DNA of 64,000 nt from Bdellovibrionales bacterium (GTDB lineage: Bacteria; Bdellovibrionota; Bdellovibrionia; Bdellovibrionales; UBA1609). Made by a program: the position numbers and the translations under genes. The first letter of the stretch is position 1. The number at the start of each line of letters is the position of its first letter. The notes beneath the pieces are model-generated. The model was not told where the DNA came from and searched no databases. It worked only from the letters and a program-made list of their open reading frames with translations. Below, one piece after another: positions 36,983 to 46,320 of the stretch. The stretch spans positions 4,790 through 68,789 of the forward strand of contig JAHDIR010000010.1 in the NCBI GenBank assembly GCA_020630675.1, written 5' to 3'.

Positions 36983-39676
36983 ATGGCTGCAGGAAAAACA
37001 TTAGTAATTGTTGAGTCACCAACTAAGGCAAGAACAATTCGAAAATTTTTAGGTAAAAACTTTATTGTTGAATCTTGTATGGGTCATGTGCGTGATTTGC
37101 CTCAGTCAGCTAAAGATATTCCTGAAAAATTTAAGAAAAAGCCTTGGTCTAATTTAGGGGTGAACGTTGATAATGACTTTGCCCCCATCTATTGCATTCC
37201 TCGAAATAAAACTAAAATTGTTAAAAATTTAAAAGATAAACTCAAAGAAGCTGACGAGCTCATTCTCGCAACCGATGAAGATCGTGAAGGAGAAAGTATC
37301 AGCTGGCATTTATTAGAAGTATTGAAACCAAAAGTGCCAACAAAACGTATGGTCTTTCATGAAATCACTAAAAAAGCGATTGAGTCGGCTCTAGAGAACT
37401 TTAGAGAGGTTGATACTAACTTGGTAAAGGCTCAAGAAGCTCGTCGTGTCTTGGACCGCCTGGTGGGTTATACACTCTCTCCGGTGATATGGAAAAAAGT
37501 GGCCTATGGTTTATCGGCGGGACGGGTTCAGTCTGTGGCCGTTCGGTTGATTTCTGAACGAGAGCATGAACGTATTCGCTTTGTTAAATCGAGCTATTGG
37601 AGCTTATTGGCTCAAAGTTCAAAAGACGGCGTTGAGTTTGATGCCAAACTTCAAAGCTATAAAGGCCAAAGAGTGGCTATTGGTAAAGATTTTGATAGCG
37701 AAAATGGTCAGTTAAAAGCCGGCAAAGATGTTCTGCACTTAAGTGAATCTTCTGTTTCTGATATTGTAAATTCTTTGAAAGGTAAAAAACTAAAAGTTTC
37801 TCAAGTAGATACAAAGCCTTTATCAAGAAAGCCCTCGGCTCCTTTTATAACTTCAACTCTTCAGCAAGAAGCCAACCGTAAAATGGGATGGGGTTCCCGA
37901 GAAACCATGCAGGTGGCGCAAAAACTTTATGAAAGAGGTTTCATCACTTATATGAGAACAGACTCTTCTTTCTTGTCAGACCAAGCCATCAATGCCGCTC
38001 GAGAAAACATACTTACCATGTATGGCAAAGCTTACTTGCCTGATCAACCCCGTACTTATGTTAAGAAAAAAGTAAAGGGTGCCCAAGAGGCCCATGAAGC
38101 GATTCGTCCTGCCGGTGAAACGTTTAAAACTCCTGAAGAGACCGGGTTGAAAGATGCTCAATTAAAGTTATATGACCTTATTTGGAAGCGGACCATGGCC
38201 TCGCAAATGAAGAACTCTGAACATAAGCAAATGAGTGTAAAGCTAGAAATTGAAGAGGCTTTATTTATGGCTTCGGGTACGACCATTGAATTTCCTGGCT
38301 TTTTAAAAGCTTATGTTGAAGGTGCTGATAATCCAGACCAAGCCTTAGACAATCGAGAGGTGCGTTTGCCAGCATTACAAAAAGGGGATGACCTGCCATG
38401 TAAAAGCTTAAAGCCTGGAGAGCATGAAACAAAACCGCCGGCACGCTATACTGAAGCCAGTCTTGTTCAAAAAATGGAAAAAGAGGGGATTGGTCGCCCA
38501 TCGACATACGCTGCTATTATTAGTACGGTTCAAAATAGAGGCTATGTTCGTAAAGTGGGTAATGCTTTAATTCCTACTTTTACAGCTTTGGTGGTCAGTA
38601 AACTACTTGTGAATTATTTTCCGGATTATGTGGATACGAACTTTACCTCAGGTATGGAAAACTCTTTGGATAACATTGCCCAAGGGGAAGAAAACTGGGC
38701 TGAGTATTTAACGGCTGTTTACTTTGGTGAGAAGGGTTTGAAAACCCAAGTGGAAAACCAAGAAGACAAAATTGATATAGAAACCTCTCGCTCGATTCAC
38801 TTGAAAGGTTTAGATGGACTAGATTTTCGCATTGGCCGCTATGGCGCCTATGTTTGTAAAGTTGACAAATCAACTGGAGAAGAAGTCTGTGCCTCGGTGC
38901 CAGAAAGTCATTTCCCAGCTGATATGACCAAGGAGCTAGCGGAAAAGTTTATTGATCAAAAAATTAATGGGGCCGATGCTTTAGGGGAAGATCCTGAAAC
39001 TAATTTACCAGTGTATGTTTTAACGGGTCGTTATGGACCTTATGTTCAGCTGGGAGATAGTGACGGTGAAAAAGAAAAACCAAAACGAGTTTCTATTCCG
39101 GCTAATATTGAAATGGACAATATAACCATTGAACAAGCGCTTCAGTTATTAAGTTTACCCATCACTTTAGGAGATCACCCGGGTACTGGTAAAGTGGTTA
39201 AGTCCAATATTGGTCGTTTTGGCCCTTATGTCGTTCATGATGGAGACTTTCGATCCATTCCAAAAGATGAAAATATTTTTGAACTAAACTTTGAACGAGC
39301 TCTTGAACTATTAGCTATGCCTAAAAAGAGAGGGCGTAGTTCGGCGATTAAAGAGCTGGGTGTTTACCCTGATACCGAAGATAAAATTGGCGTTTATTCT
39401 GGTAAGTACGGCCCATACTTAAAGTGTGGAAAAGTTAATGTTTCAATTCCTGAAGATATTGACCATGAAAAAATTGAGCTAGAAAAAGCGGTTGAGCTTT
39501 TAGCTGATAAAATGGCCGAAAAAGGAAGTAAAAAGAAAAAAGCCAAAAAGAAAGCGGCTAAGAAAAAAACAAAAAGTAAAACAAAAGCGAAGGCTAAGAA
39601 AAAAACCGCTAAAAAGAAAACAGTGACTAAAAAGAAGGCCAAAAAGAAAGTCACAAAAAAGAAAACCACCCCATAG
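36983..39676 (+). CDS. topA: DNA topoisomerase I (type IA) with Cys-less C-terminal repeats and a poly-Lys tail
   Basis: Toprim 'LVIVESPTKA' and 'ATDEDREGE'. Catalytic region 'GFITYMRTDS'. Four C-terminal 'G(R/K)(Y/F)G(P/A)Y' repeats. The final ~50 aa are K/A/T-rich. Confidence 0.95.
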   Translation: MAAGKTLVIVESPTKARTIRKFLGKNFIVESCMGHVRDLPQSAKDIPEKFKKKPWSNLGVNVDNDFAPIYCIPRNKTKIVKNLKDKLKEADELILATDEDREGESISWHLLEVLKPKVPTKRMVFHEITKKAIESALENFREVDTNLVKAQEARRVLDRLVGYTLSPVIWKKVAYGLSAGRVQSVAVRLISEREHERIRFVKSSYWSLLAQSSKDGVEFDAKLQSYKGQRVAIGKDFDSENGQLKAGKDVLHLSESSVSDIVNSLKGKKLKVSQVDTKPLSRKPSAPFITSTLQQEANRKMGWGSRETMQVAQKLYERGFITYMRTDSSFLSDQAINAARENILTMYGKAYLPDQPRTYVKKKVKGAQEAHEAIRPAGETFKTPEETGLKDAQLKLYDLIWKRTMASQMKNSEHKQMSVKLEIEEALFMASGTTIEFPGFLKAYVEGADNPDQALDNREVRLPALQKGDDLPCKSLKPGEHETKPPARYTEASLVQKMEKEGIGRPSTYAAIISTVQNRGYVRKVGNALIPTFTALVVSKLLVNYFPDYVDTNFTSGMENSLDNIAQGEENWAEYLTAVYFGEKGLKTQVENQEDKIDIETSRSIHLKGLDGLDFRIGRYGAYVCKVDKSTGEEVCASVPESHFPADMTKELAEKFIDQKINGADALGEDPETNLPVYVLTGRYGPYVQLGDSDGEKEKPKRVSIPANIEMDNITIEQALQLLSLPITLGDHPGTGKVVKSNIGRFGPYVVHDGDFRSIPKDENIFELNFERALELLAMPKKRGRSSAIKELGVYPDTEDKIGVYSGKYGPYLKCGKVNVSIPEDIDHEKIELEKAVELLADKMAEKGSKKKKAKKKAAKKKTKSKTKAKAKKKTAKKKTVTKKKAKKKVTKKKTTP

Positions 39677-39780
39677 GGGCCTCGGCTCATAAAAGCTTAA
39701 TTAGGTTTTGGCGTCTGAATTGGCCTTACAGCCATTGAGAAACAAAGTTACTTTTAAATTTAAAATATCCTGTAAAATTC

Positions 39781-39816
39781 AAAAAAATACCTTCGAGGTT
39801 TTCGAAGGTATTTTTT
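39781..39816. terminator. Bidirectional Rho-independent terminator (topA on +, OMP gene 39883-40485 on -)
   Basis: A7 - TACCTTCGA - loop GGTTT - TCGAAGGTA - T6. The stem is a perfect 9 bp flanked by A and T runs. Confidence 0.75.
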
Positions 39817-39882
39817 ATTGCATTTAATTTTTAAGGTTTTGGTTATAAACTTCCTGCAAGTAAACTATAAGTTACAAAATTT

Positions 39883-40485
39883 TTAAAAGGTGGCTGTGAG
39901 AGCAACCTCTATTCCTTGTTCGCTTATTTTTGCAGAATTTCCACCTTGTTTTATTTTGTTGTCAGATTGGCCGTAGCCTAATTTAATGCCAAATTGTTGG
40001 TTAATTTGCGCCCCAAGCCCTGCTTGAAAACCCAAGCCAGGAGTGTAGCTTATGCCATTGTCGTCACCAGTGATGGTCATCATGCTGACGTTGGCTCCCA
40101 TATAGGCAAACAAAAATTGATTTATACCGAAGGTTGCGTTGGCTTCAGCACGAAAACGCAGAAACTTTGAGCTGCTGTTAGTTGGTATATCATAATAATT
40201 AATAGCAAATAAAGAACTGAAACCAATATCTTGAACTTTTATATTGTTATATCCTATTCCAAGGCCAAGAGCTTGATCAGAGTCATCAGATCCTGAGCCC
40301 CCTAAAGAATTTTTATATTTTCTTTTTGTGAAATCTTTTAGCAAACTTAGGGTAAAGCCACGAGAAAGCTCACCATGATTAGTGGGGGTGTATAAATAAT
40401 CGGTGGAAGACTGTCCACCTTGAGCCCAGATCATTTGTGGGGCAATGAGTAAAGCACTGGCTAAAATAAGTATAGATTTTTTCAT
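39883..40485 (-). CDS. Small outer-membrane beta-barrel protein (tandem paralogue 1)
   Basis: Signal peptide ending 'AQGG', beta-strand periodicity, C-terminus 'EVALTATF'. About 40-50% identical by eye to 40822-41442. RBS GGAGG. Confidence 0.6.
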   Translation of the reverse strand: MKKSILILASALLIAPQMIWAQGGQSSTDYLYTPTNHGELSRGFTLSLLKDFTKRKYKNSLGGSGSDDSDQALGLGIGYNNIKVQDIGFSSLFAINYYDIPTNSSSKFLRFRAEANATFGINQFLFAYMGANVSMMTITGDDNGISYTPGLGFQAGLGAQINQQFGIKLGYGQSDNKIKQGGNSAKISEQGIEVALTATF

Positions 40486-40760
40486 AAGAACCTCCGGCGG
40501 TTGGGTTAAATATTTTAAAAACGCAGTGTAGAGACTGGTTGGCTTTGTTTTAAACCTCAGGGCTTCACTTGCTCATTAATAACTGAACATAAAGCAAAGG
40601 CTGTGCCAAAGAACACCTTAAAAAACATAATAAATTTAATAGCTTACAATTTTTTTACTTATTTGGTTATGTAAATATATTTGACGGGCCTGGAGCAAAT
40701 CAGTCATTTGTAAAAAGTGTGATCATTGAACGTAATACTAGAAACTAACCCGCAAAAAGC

Positions 40761-40794
40761 AAAAAAATACCCTCGAAATTTTCGAAGGTATTTT
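40761..40794 (-). terminator. Rho-independent terminator of OMP gene 40822-41442 (near copy of the 39781 hairpin)
   Basis: A7 - TACCCTCGAA - ATT - TTCGAAGGTA - T4. The single stem mismatch becomes a G-U pair only in the minus-strand RNA, and the minus strand has the T7 tail. Confidence 0.7.
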
Positions 40795-40821
40795 GCAAAT
40801 AGTGAAATTTGTAAGGTAGGA

Positions 40822-41442
40822 TTAGAAAGTCCCTACAAGACCTAGCTCTAAACCACTGAAAGTAAAATCAAAGCCTACATCACCGACGCCTTGAACAGAA
40901 GCTTCTACACTGGGCTTGGAGTAAGTGTAGCCAAGTTTTGCTCCAAAGTTTGAAGTTAATTGAGCCCCAACACCAGCTTGGTAACCAAAGCCAAGTTTGG
41001 AGTCAAACTCTATACCATTAATGTCATCAATACTAATAAGGCCTAAATTAATTCCTCCGTAAACAAAAACGTTGCGGTTGAAACCAAATGTCCCATTAAA
41101 TTCACCTTTTAGCATATTTCCTTCGATGATATCACCACTGTAACTGTTAATGATAGCTTGGGTAACAAACCCAATGGCACCGATGTTAACATTGGAGTAT
41201 CCAACTCCCAGCCCAAATTTCTGAGGTGAGTTTTCATCGAATTTCAAGCCTCTAATCAGTCCAGTTCCTTTTATTTCAAGGTCAGTAAAGTCTTTAATTA
41301 AACTAACGGTAAAACCTTTAGCCACTTTAGAGTCTGTAACGCTATCGTAAACATAGTCCGTACTCACTGCACCACCCTGAGCAAAAAGTTGTACTGAGCT
41401 TGCCAAAATCATTGAAGCAAAAAGTAAAGAAAATTTATTCAT
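40822..41442 (-). CDS. Small outer-membrane beta-barrel protein (tandem paralogue 2)
   Basis: Signal peptide ending 'AQGG', shared blocks 'STDY.Y', 'KGFT.SL.KDFT' and 'LGYG/LGYT', C-terminus 'LGLVGTF'. RBS GGAGG. Confidence 0.6.
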   Translation of the reverse strand: MNKFSLLFASMILASSVQLFAQGGAVSTDYVYDSVTDSKVAKGFTVSLIKDFTDLEIKGTGLIRGLKFDENSPQKFGLGVGYSNVNIGAIGFVTQAIINSYSGDIIEGNMLKGEFNGTFGFNRNVFVYGGINLGLISIDDINGIEFDSKLGFGYQAGVGAQLTSNFGAKLGYTYSKPSVEASVQGVGDVGFDFTFSGLELGLVGTF

Positions 41443-41725
41443 AGGGGAGTACCTCCGAAAGTGAATGGGTCATAAGTTCTTTCAAATAAAAAAAACATCT
41501 ACAAGAAAGGCTTATGCTCTTTATAAGCAATTGAAATGCCACTAAACACCAGAGGCAACTGATGGTCAAACCTAACCCAGAAAAGTTAGGTATTTATAAA
41601 ATATTTTCACCAACGACCATTGAGCTTCAGGCTCTTGGTCTTGATTTTAGCTGTGAAAGCTTATCTACAACCGAGTAAAAAATACAGGGGGCATAGGTGG
41701 CCAGCCTTTCTAAAGTGCTCGGCCT

Positions 41726-42691
41726 TTGCCCGCATTCTTTGGTTCTGATAAAAGAAAACAACGAAAAGAGGGGGATCTTTTGTTTTTTAAAGCTAAACAG
41801 CAAAATAATAATAAAGGACAGTTGGCCTTTAAAATAGAAAAGACCTTTGAAAAAGATCGCAATTTTCAGCAAGGAGGGCGAAGTTTTTACTTTTTTGACT
41901 TTGATGAAAACATTGCTTTTTTAGACACCACTGTGATTTTGTTCCATAAATTAACTCAAAAAGAAAAATCCATATCTGGCCGTGAATTCTCTCACCATCA
42001 AAAAAATATTGGAGTGAGAGGCCCTTATCAAAACTATAAATTAATTTACGAAGATTCTATTGGCAGTTTTAGAAACTACCGAGATCATGAAATTCCTGGT
42101 TGGCTACAATTTTTTGGCAAAGAACAAAGCCTCATCAAAGATATGAAGTCTATATTGTCTACAGGAGAAACTCATTGGCAAGGGCCGTCTTGGTCATGTT
42201 TTTATCATGCCGTTTTTAATCGTCGTCCTATTGCTTTAATCACGGCTAGGGGCCATGCACCTGAAACCTTAAAGTCAGCCATTCGCTTATGGGTAAAATA
42301 TGGTTTTTTACCCCATGAGCCCAACTACCTCGGCATTTACCCTGTTAATTTTCCTGAGACAAAAAAAACATTAATGAAAAATACAGGTGGGCTCACTGTT
42401 TCTCAATTGAAAAAAAGAGCAATCAAACATGCTTTTGCTAAAGCCATTGAAACTTATGGTCAAAATCCCCACCGTATTGGTATGTCTGATGATGATCCAG
42501 GAAATGTTTCATTAATCACCGAGGCCATGCAAGAATTGAAAGTTGACCACCCTCAGGTTTCTTTTTTTGTGATTGATACAGCCGGCGGGCAGTTTGTAAA
42601 AAAAGAGTTAGGCCCTCAGGGCCAAAATAAAAAACCATCAGTTCCACCCTTGGAGCAATTGCAACTCGGCCCCGAAGTAGACAACATATAA
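41726..42691 (+). CDS. HAD-superfamily-like hydrolase, function unknown; start codon uncertain
   Basis: Possible HAD motifs 'YFFDFDENIAFL' (DxDx), 'IALITARGH' and 'IGMSDDDPGN'. There is no ATG upstream of motif I, so a TTG start (41726 or downstream) is required. Confidence 0.4.
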   Translation: MPAFFGSDKRKQRKEGDLLFFKAKQQNNNKGQLAFKIEKTFEKDRNFQQGGRSFYFFDFDENIAFLDTTVILFHKLTQKEKSISGREFSHHQKNIGVRGPYQNYKLIYEDSIGSFRNYRDHEIPGWLQFFGKEQSLIKDMKSILSTGETHWQGPSWSCFYHAVFNRRPIALITARGHAPETLKSAIRLWVKYGFLPHEPNYLGIYPVNFPETKKTLMKNTGGLTVSQLKKRAIKHAFAKAIETYGQNPHRIGMSDDDPGNVSLITEAMQELKVDHPQVSFFVIDTAGGQFVKKELGPQGQNKKPSVPPLEQLQLGPEVDNI

Positions 42692-42950
42692 GAAACATGT
42701 CTAAGCTTTGACATAAACGTGACATAATATTTCTTAAACTCTTTTAAAATAAAAATAGGCCTGTTCAAAAGTCTAAGGTTTAGCTCGTAGGCTTTTTGTT
42801 TATCAGTATTATTTGCCTTCACAGTTATGCTTAGGTCTAGTATATAATTTTCCTTAAATTTGAGTTATGATTTTATATAAGACTGACCGATAAACAAAAT
42901 GTTAAGTATAGGTTATGCCTGTCACCCATGAATTCAAAAAAAGGAAGCTT

Positions 42951-45035
42951 ATGAAAAATAAACTGAAGTTCACAGTCCTTCTATTGTCAATGATACTCCT
43001 GTCTTTGTCTGCGCATTCGCAGCTTTTAAGTCGAAAGGGTATTGTTTTAGACTGTAAGCATTTATCTCCTATTCAGCAGGCTTACTTAGCCCGACATATT
43101 AATTACAGAGCTGAAACCAAAAATTTAGAGTCTAAAACTGTAGAGCAGTTTATTAAAAAATTAGATCCTTCAAAAGTCTATTTACTTAAAAGTGATATTA
43201 AAAAAATTAAAAAAGATGCAAAAAGTATTTTTGCAAAAATTAAACGTCGCGAATGTAAGGTGATTAAAGACGCCAGAAAACTTTATGTAAAAAGAGTGAC
43301 AGACCGAATTGCTTTTGTAAAAAAACATTTACAAAAAGGTTTTAAATTTAATAAAAAAACGGAGCTTACACTAGATCCCGACAAACGTTCTTTTGCAAAA
43401 AATATAAATGCAGCTCAAGCTTATCATAAAAAGTATCTACAATTTCAAATTGCTAACTATGTTTCTACGGGTAAAACTGTCAAAGAGGCTAAAGAAAAAG
43501 TCATTAAAAACTATGACCGTCTTTTAAAAAGAATTAATAATTTTAGACAAGATGATTTGTGGACAATGTACCTCAATGCCTACGCCACATCTTTGGATCC
43601 GCATTCCAGTTATTTTTCAAAAGAAATGCTAGAGGACTTTCAGATTCAAATGAAGTTATCTCTTGAAGGAATTGGTGCCACCCTTAGTTCTAAGGATGGC
43701 TTCACAACAATCGAACAATTAGTCCCCGGTGGAGCAGCCTTTAGAAGTGGTAAGTTACAAACTAAAGATAAAATTATTGCTGTAGGCCAAGGAAAAACAG
43801 GAGCTGTTGATAACGTGATTGAAATGGAATTGCGTGATGTTGTTCGAAAAATTAGAGGAAAAAAAGGAACGATTGTTCGCTTAAGTATTCTTCGTGAAAC
43901 GGGCAAAAAGGCAGAAAGATTTATTGTTAAGTTAGTGAGAGATAAGATTAACTTGGAAGATGATGCGGCTTCAATTACTTATATTGATAGAAAGGTCGGT
44001 GAAAAAACAGAAAAAGTTGCCGGTAAAATGAAAAAAGTGCCAATCATGAAAAAGGTGGGCTTAATTCACCTTCCTTCCTTTTATGCCGACGGTTCTAGGA
44101 AAGGAAGAACGGCTTCAAAAGATATCAAAAAATTAATTAAAGAAGCTAAAAATAAAAATGTAGCCGGTTTAGTTTTAGACTTATCTTCCAATGGTGGTGG
44201 CTCTTTAGATGACGCTGTTAAAATTGCGGGCTTATTTTTTAAAGTCGGAAATGTAGTTAAACAGTCACATCGTGACCCGGCTCACGGCGAAATTGCCTTA
44301 GCCGATGAAGATAAGGCGGTGGATTACTCTGGCCCCCTTGTTGTTCTAACAAGCAAACTCAGTGCCAGTGCTTCTGAAATTGTTTCTGGTACGTTAAAAG
44401 ATTATAAAAGAGCTCTTATTGTCGGAGGAAAAAAGACGTTTGGAAAAGGCAGTGTACAATCTGTTGAGCAACTTCCAACAGGACTAGGTGCTTTAAAAAC
44501 AACTGTAGGTATGTTCTTTACTGCCGGAGGAGCATCGACTCAACATATTGGTGTCGCAGCAGACATAGTTTTACCAAGTGTTTATGATATTTCTGAAATT
44601 GGTGAAGACACTTTAGACTATTCTTTGCCGCCTAAAAAAATTAAGTCTTTTTTAACTCCTGAGGCCTATGTTGCCTCCGGCAAAGGGAAATGGAAAAAAG
44701 TAGAAGCCCCACTGATTAACAAGCTTAAAGAAAAATCAAAAAAGCGTGTGGCTAAAAGTGAAGACTTTGCCAAAATTTTAAAAGACCTTAAAAAAGCAAA
44801 AAAGAAAAACAAAGTTTTAAAAGTGAGCGAAATTCTTGAAGACAAATCTGAAGATGATGAGGAAGAAAAGGGCAAAGATGGCAAAAAGAAAAAACCAACC
44901 ACTGACCCTGTGGCTTTGAAAAAAGAGAAGAAAGAAAAGTATATGAAAAGAGCTGATATTCAAGAGTCTTTAAATATCCTTTTTGACTTCATTAAATATG
45001 ATAAAGATGGTCTAAAGATTACAGCTGCTAATTAA
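42951..45035 (+). CDS. S41-family C-terminal processing (tail-specific) protease with PDZ domain and Lys/Glu-rich C-terminal extension
   Basis: ATG 42951 ('MKNKLKFTVLLLSMILLSLSAHS') is preceded by AGGAAG. PDZ 'GIGATLSSKDGFTTIEQLVPGGAAFRSGKLQTKDKIIAV'. Catalytic region 'LVLDLSSNGGGSL...SASASEIVSGTLKDY...GKGSVQ'. Confidence 0.85.
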   Translation: MKNKLKFTVLLLSMILLSLSAHSQLLSRKGIVLDCKHLSPIQQAYLARHINYRAETKNLESKTVEQFIKKLDPSKVYLLKSDIKKIKKDAKSIFAKIKRRECKVIKDARKLYVKRVTDRIAFVKKHLQKGFKFNKKTELTLDPDKRSFAKNINAAQAYHKKYLQFQIANYVSTGKTVKEAKEKVIKNYDRLLKRINNFRQDDLWTMYLNAYATSLDPHSSYFSKEMLEDFQIQMKLSLEGIGATLSSKDGFTTIEQLVPGGAAFRSGKLQTKDKIIAVGQGKTGAVDNVIEMELRDVVRKIRGKKGTIVRLSILRETGKKAERFIVKLVRDKINLEDDAASITYIDRKVGEKTEKVAGKMKKVPIMKKVGLIHLPSFYADGSRKGRTASKDIKKLIKEAKNKNVAGLVLDLSSNGGGSLDDAVKIAGLFFKVGNVVKQSHRDPAHGEIALADEDKAVDYSGPLVVLTSKLSASASEIVSGTLKDYKRALIVGGKKTFGKGSVQSVEQLPTGLGALKTTVGMFFTAGGASTQHIGVAADIVLPSVYDISEIGEDTLDYSLPPKKIKSFLTPEAYVASGKGKWKKVEAPLINKLKEKSKKRVAKSEDFAKILKDLKKAKKKNKVLKVSEILEDKSEDDEEEKGKDGKKKKPTTDPVALKKEKKEKYMKRADIQESLNILFDFIKYDKDGLKITAAN

Positions 45036-45060
45036 TTAGGCTTTTTAAATTCTAATGGCA

Positions 45061-45092
45061 AAAACCACTCTTATGTTGAGTGGTTTTTTTTT
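45061..45092 (+). terminator. Rho-independent terminator of the S41 protease gene
   Basis: Perfect 10-bp stem AAAACCACTC / GAGTGGTTTT with a 7-nt loop; the T run continues to 45092. Confidence 0.85.
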
Positions 45093-45267
45093 AGAAAAAT
45101 CTCCTTCTTTTGAGCTATTTTCATGACGCACAGGAGCTCTTATCAGGTTCATTAGCCCTTGATCTGTTGTTTGACTTGTTGATGCTCATCCTCGTTATCT
45201 TATTGATGACAAGCTTTAAATTTTTATCTATCTTGCGCTTTTGATTTATTTCGTCAGGGAGAGGGTA

Positions 45268-46320
45268 GTGGCAGTTCAAGCACAATCCAAAGTTCGGGGT
45301 TCAAAAAGTAAAACAAAAAGCGGAAGTTCTGGCTTAGCTTTACCGAAACAAGTTTTAATTAAAATTCATGATCTCATGCTCAAATCTCGGGTTTTGGAAG
45401 AGCGCATGATTAAAATTTACAAAGTGGGCGAAGCTTACTTTTGGATTGGCGGGCCCGGAGAAGAAGCTTTTGGCGTTCCCTTGGGCTTATTGGCCAACAA
45501 AGGAAAGGGTGTTCAGCACGATTGGTTACACTTGCACTATCGTTGCTCCTCAACATTAGTCGCTATGGGAATGGATTTTTTAACCCCCCTTCGTTTGATA
45601 ATGAATAAAGCCACAGATGAATGCACGGGAGGGCGAAACTTTTCTAACCATTACAGTTTTCCGGAATGGAATGTGGCTCCGGTCACATCACCGATTGGTG
45701 TTCAGTACTCTATTGCCATTGGAACGGCTCGTGCCCAACAGCGAAGTAAAGGCAAGGGTATCACCATTGTTACTGGTGGAGATGCAGGAAGTGCCGAAGG
45801 TGACTTTGCTTCCAGCTTAATTTGGGCCTCTCGTCGCGGCAGTGAACTTCCTATGTTAATTACCGTTCAAAATAATAAGTGGGGAATTTCCACTCATTTT
45901 GATGAACAGCACGGTGAAAATCACGTTTCTGATCGTGGTCAGCCCTTCAATATGAGAACAACTGTAATTAATGGCAATGACCCCATTGAATCTTACATTC
46001 GCTTAGAAGAAGAGATGGCTTATATCCGTAAAACGGGAAAGCCTGTGGTTTTAGAATCAACAGTGTCACGCTTATTTGGACACTCTTCAGCCTCAGGGGC
46101 CAACCCTATTGATGAGATTGACTGTTTAAGCGATTTTCAAACTTTACTATTGAAAAAAGATATTTTAACAGAAAAAAATATCAAAGATTTACAGTCAGGT
46201 TATGAAAAAGAGGCAAAAGCCGCCCAAGATCAAGTGCGAACAGAAATGACTCCGCAAGCCTCATCGATTTGGGACAATTACTTTGTGGGTAATGAAACTG
46301 GTAACTGGAGGGAGTTCTAA
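45268..46320 (+). CDS. Thiamine-diphosphate-dependent 2-oxoacid dehydrogenase E1 component, alpha subunit
   Basis: 'ITIVTGGDAGSAEGDFASSLIWAS...LPMLITVQNNKWGIST' is the TPP-binding GDG...NN motif. GTG 45268 follows RBS GGGAG; the track start TTG 45241 is an alternative. Confidence 0.8.
   Translation: MAVQAQSKVRGSKSKTKSGSSGLALPKQVLIKIHDLMLKSRVLEERMIKIYKVGEAYFWIGGPGEEAFGVPLGLLANKGKGVQHDWLHLHYRCSSTLVAMGMDFLTPLRLIMNKATDECTGGRNFSNHYSFPEWNVAPVTSPIGVQYSIAIGTARAQQRSKGKGITIVTGGDAGSAEGDFASSLIWASRRGSELPMLITVQNNKWGISTHFDEQHGENHVSDRGQPFNMRTTVINGNDPIESYIRLEEEMAYIRKTGKPVVLESTVSRLFGHSSASGANPIDEIDCLSDFQTLLLKKDILTEKNIKDLQSGYEKEAKAAQDQVRTEMTPQASSIWDNYFVGNETGNWREF

Noticed and set aside
39394-39690. 98-aa minus-strand ORF rich in Phe/Leu/Val ('FFFVTFFLAFFLV...')
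   Set aside because: It is the mirror image of the topA poly-Lys (AAA/AAG) tail. Antisense poly-Phe ORFs of this kind are artefacts. The same explanation applies to 35604-35850 (antisense to the Tex tail) and 44666-44902 (antisense to the S41 protease tail).
41627-41872. 81-aa minus-strand ORF ('MLKIAIFFKGLFYF...')
   Set aside because: It is antisense to the Lys-rich 5' part of 41726-42691 (a poly-Lys/poly-Phe mirror effect) and has no RBS. It is retained only as a caveat on that gene's start.
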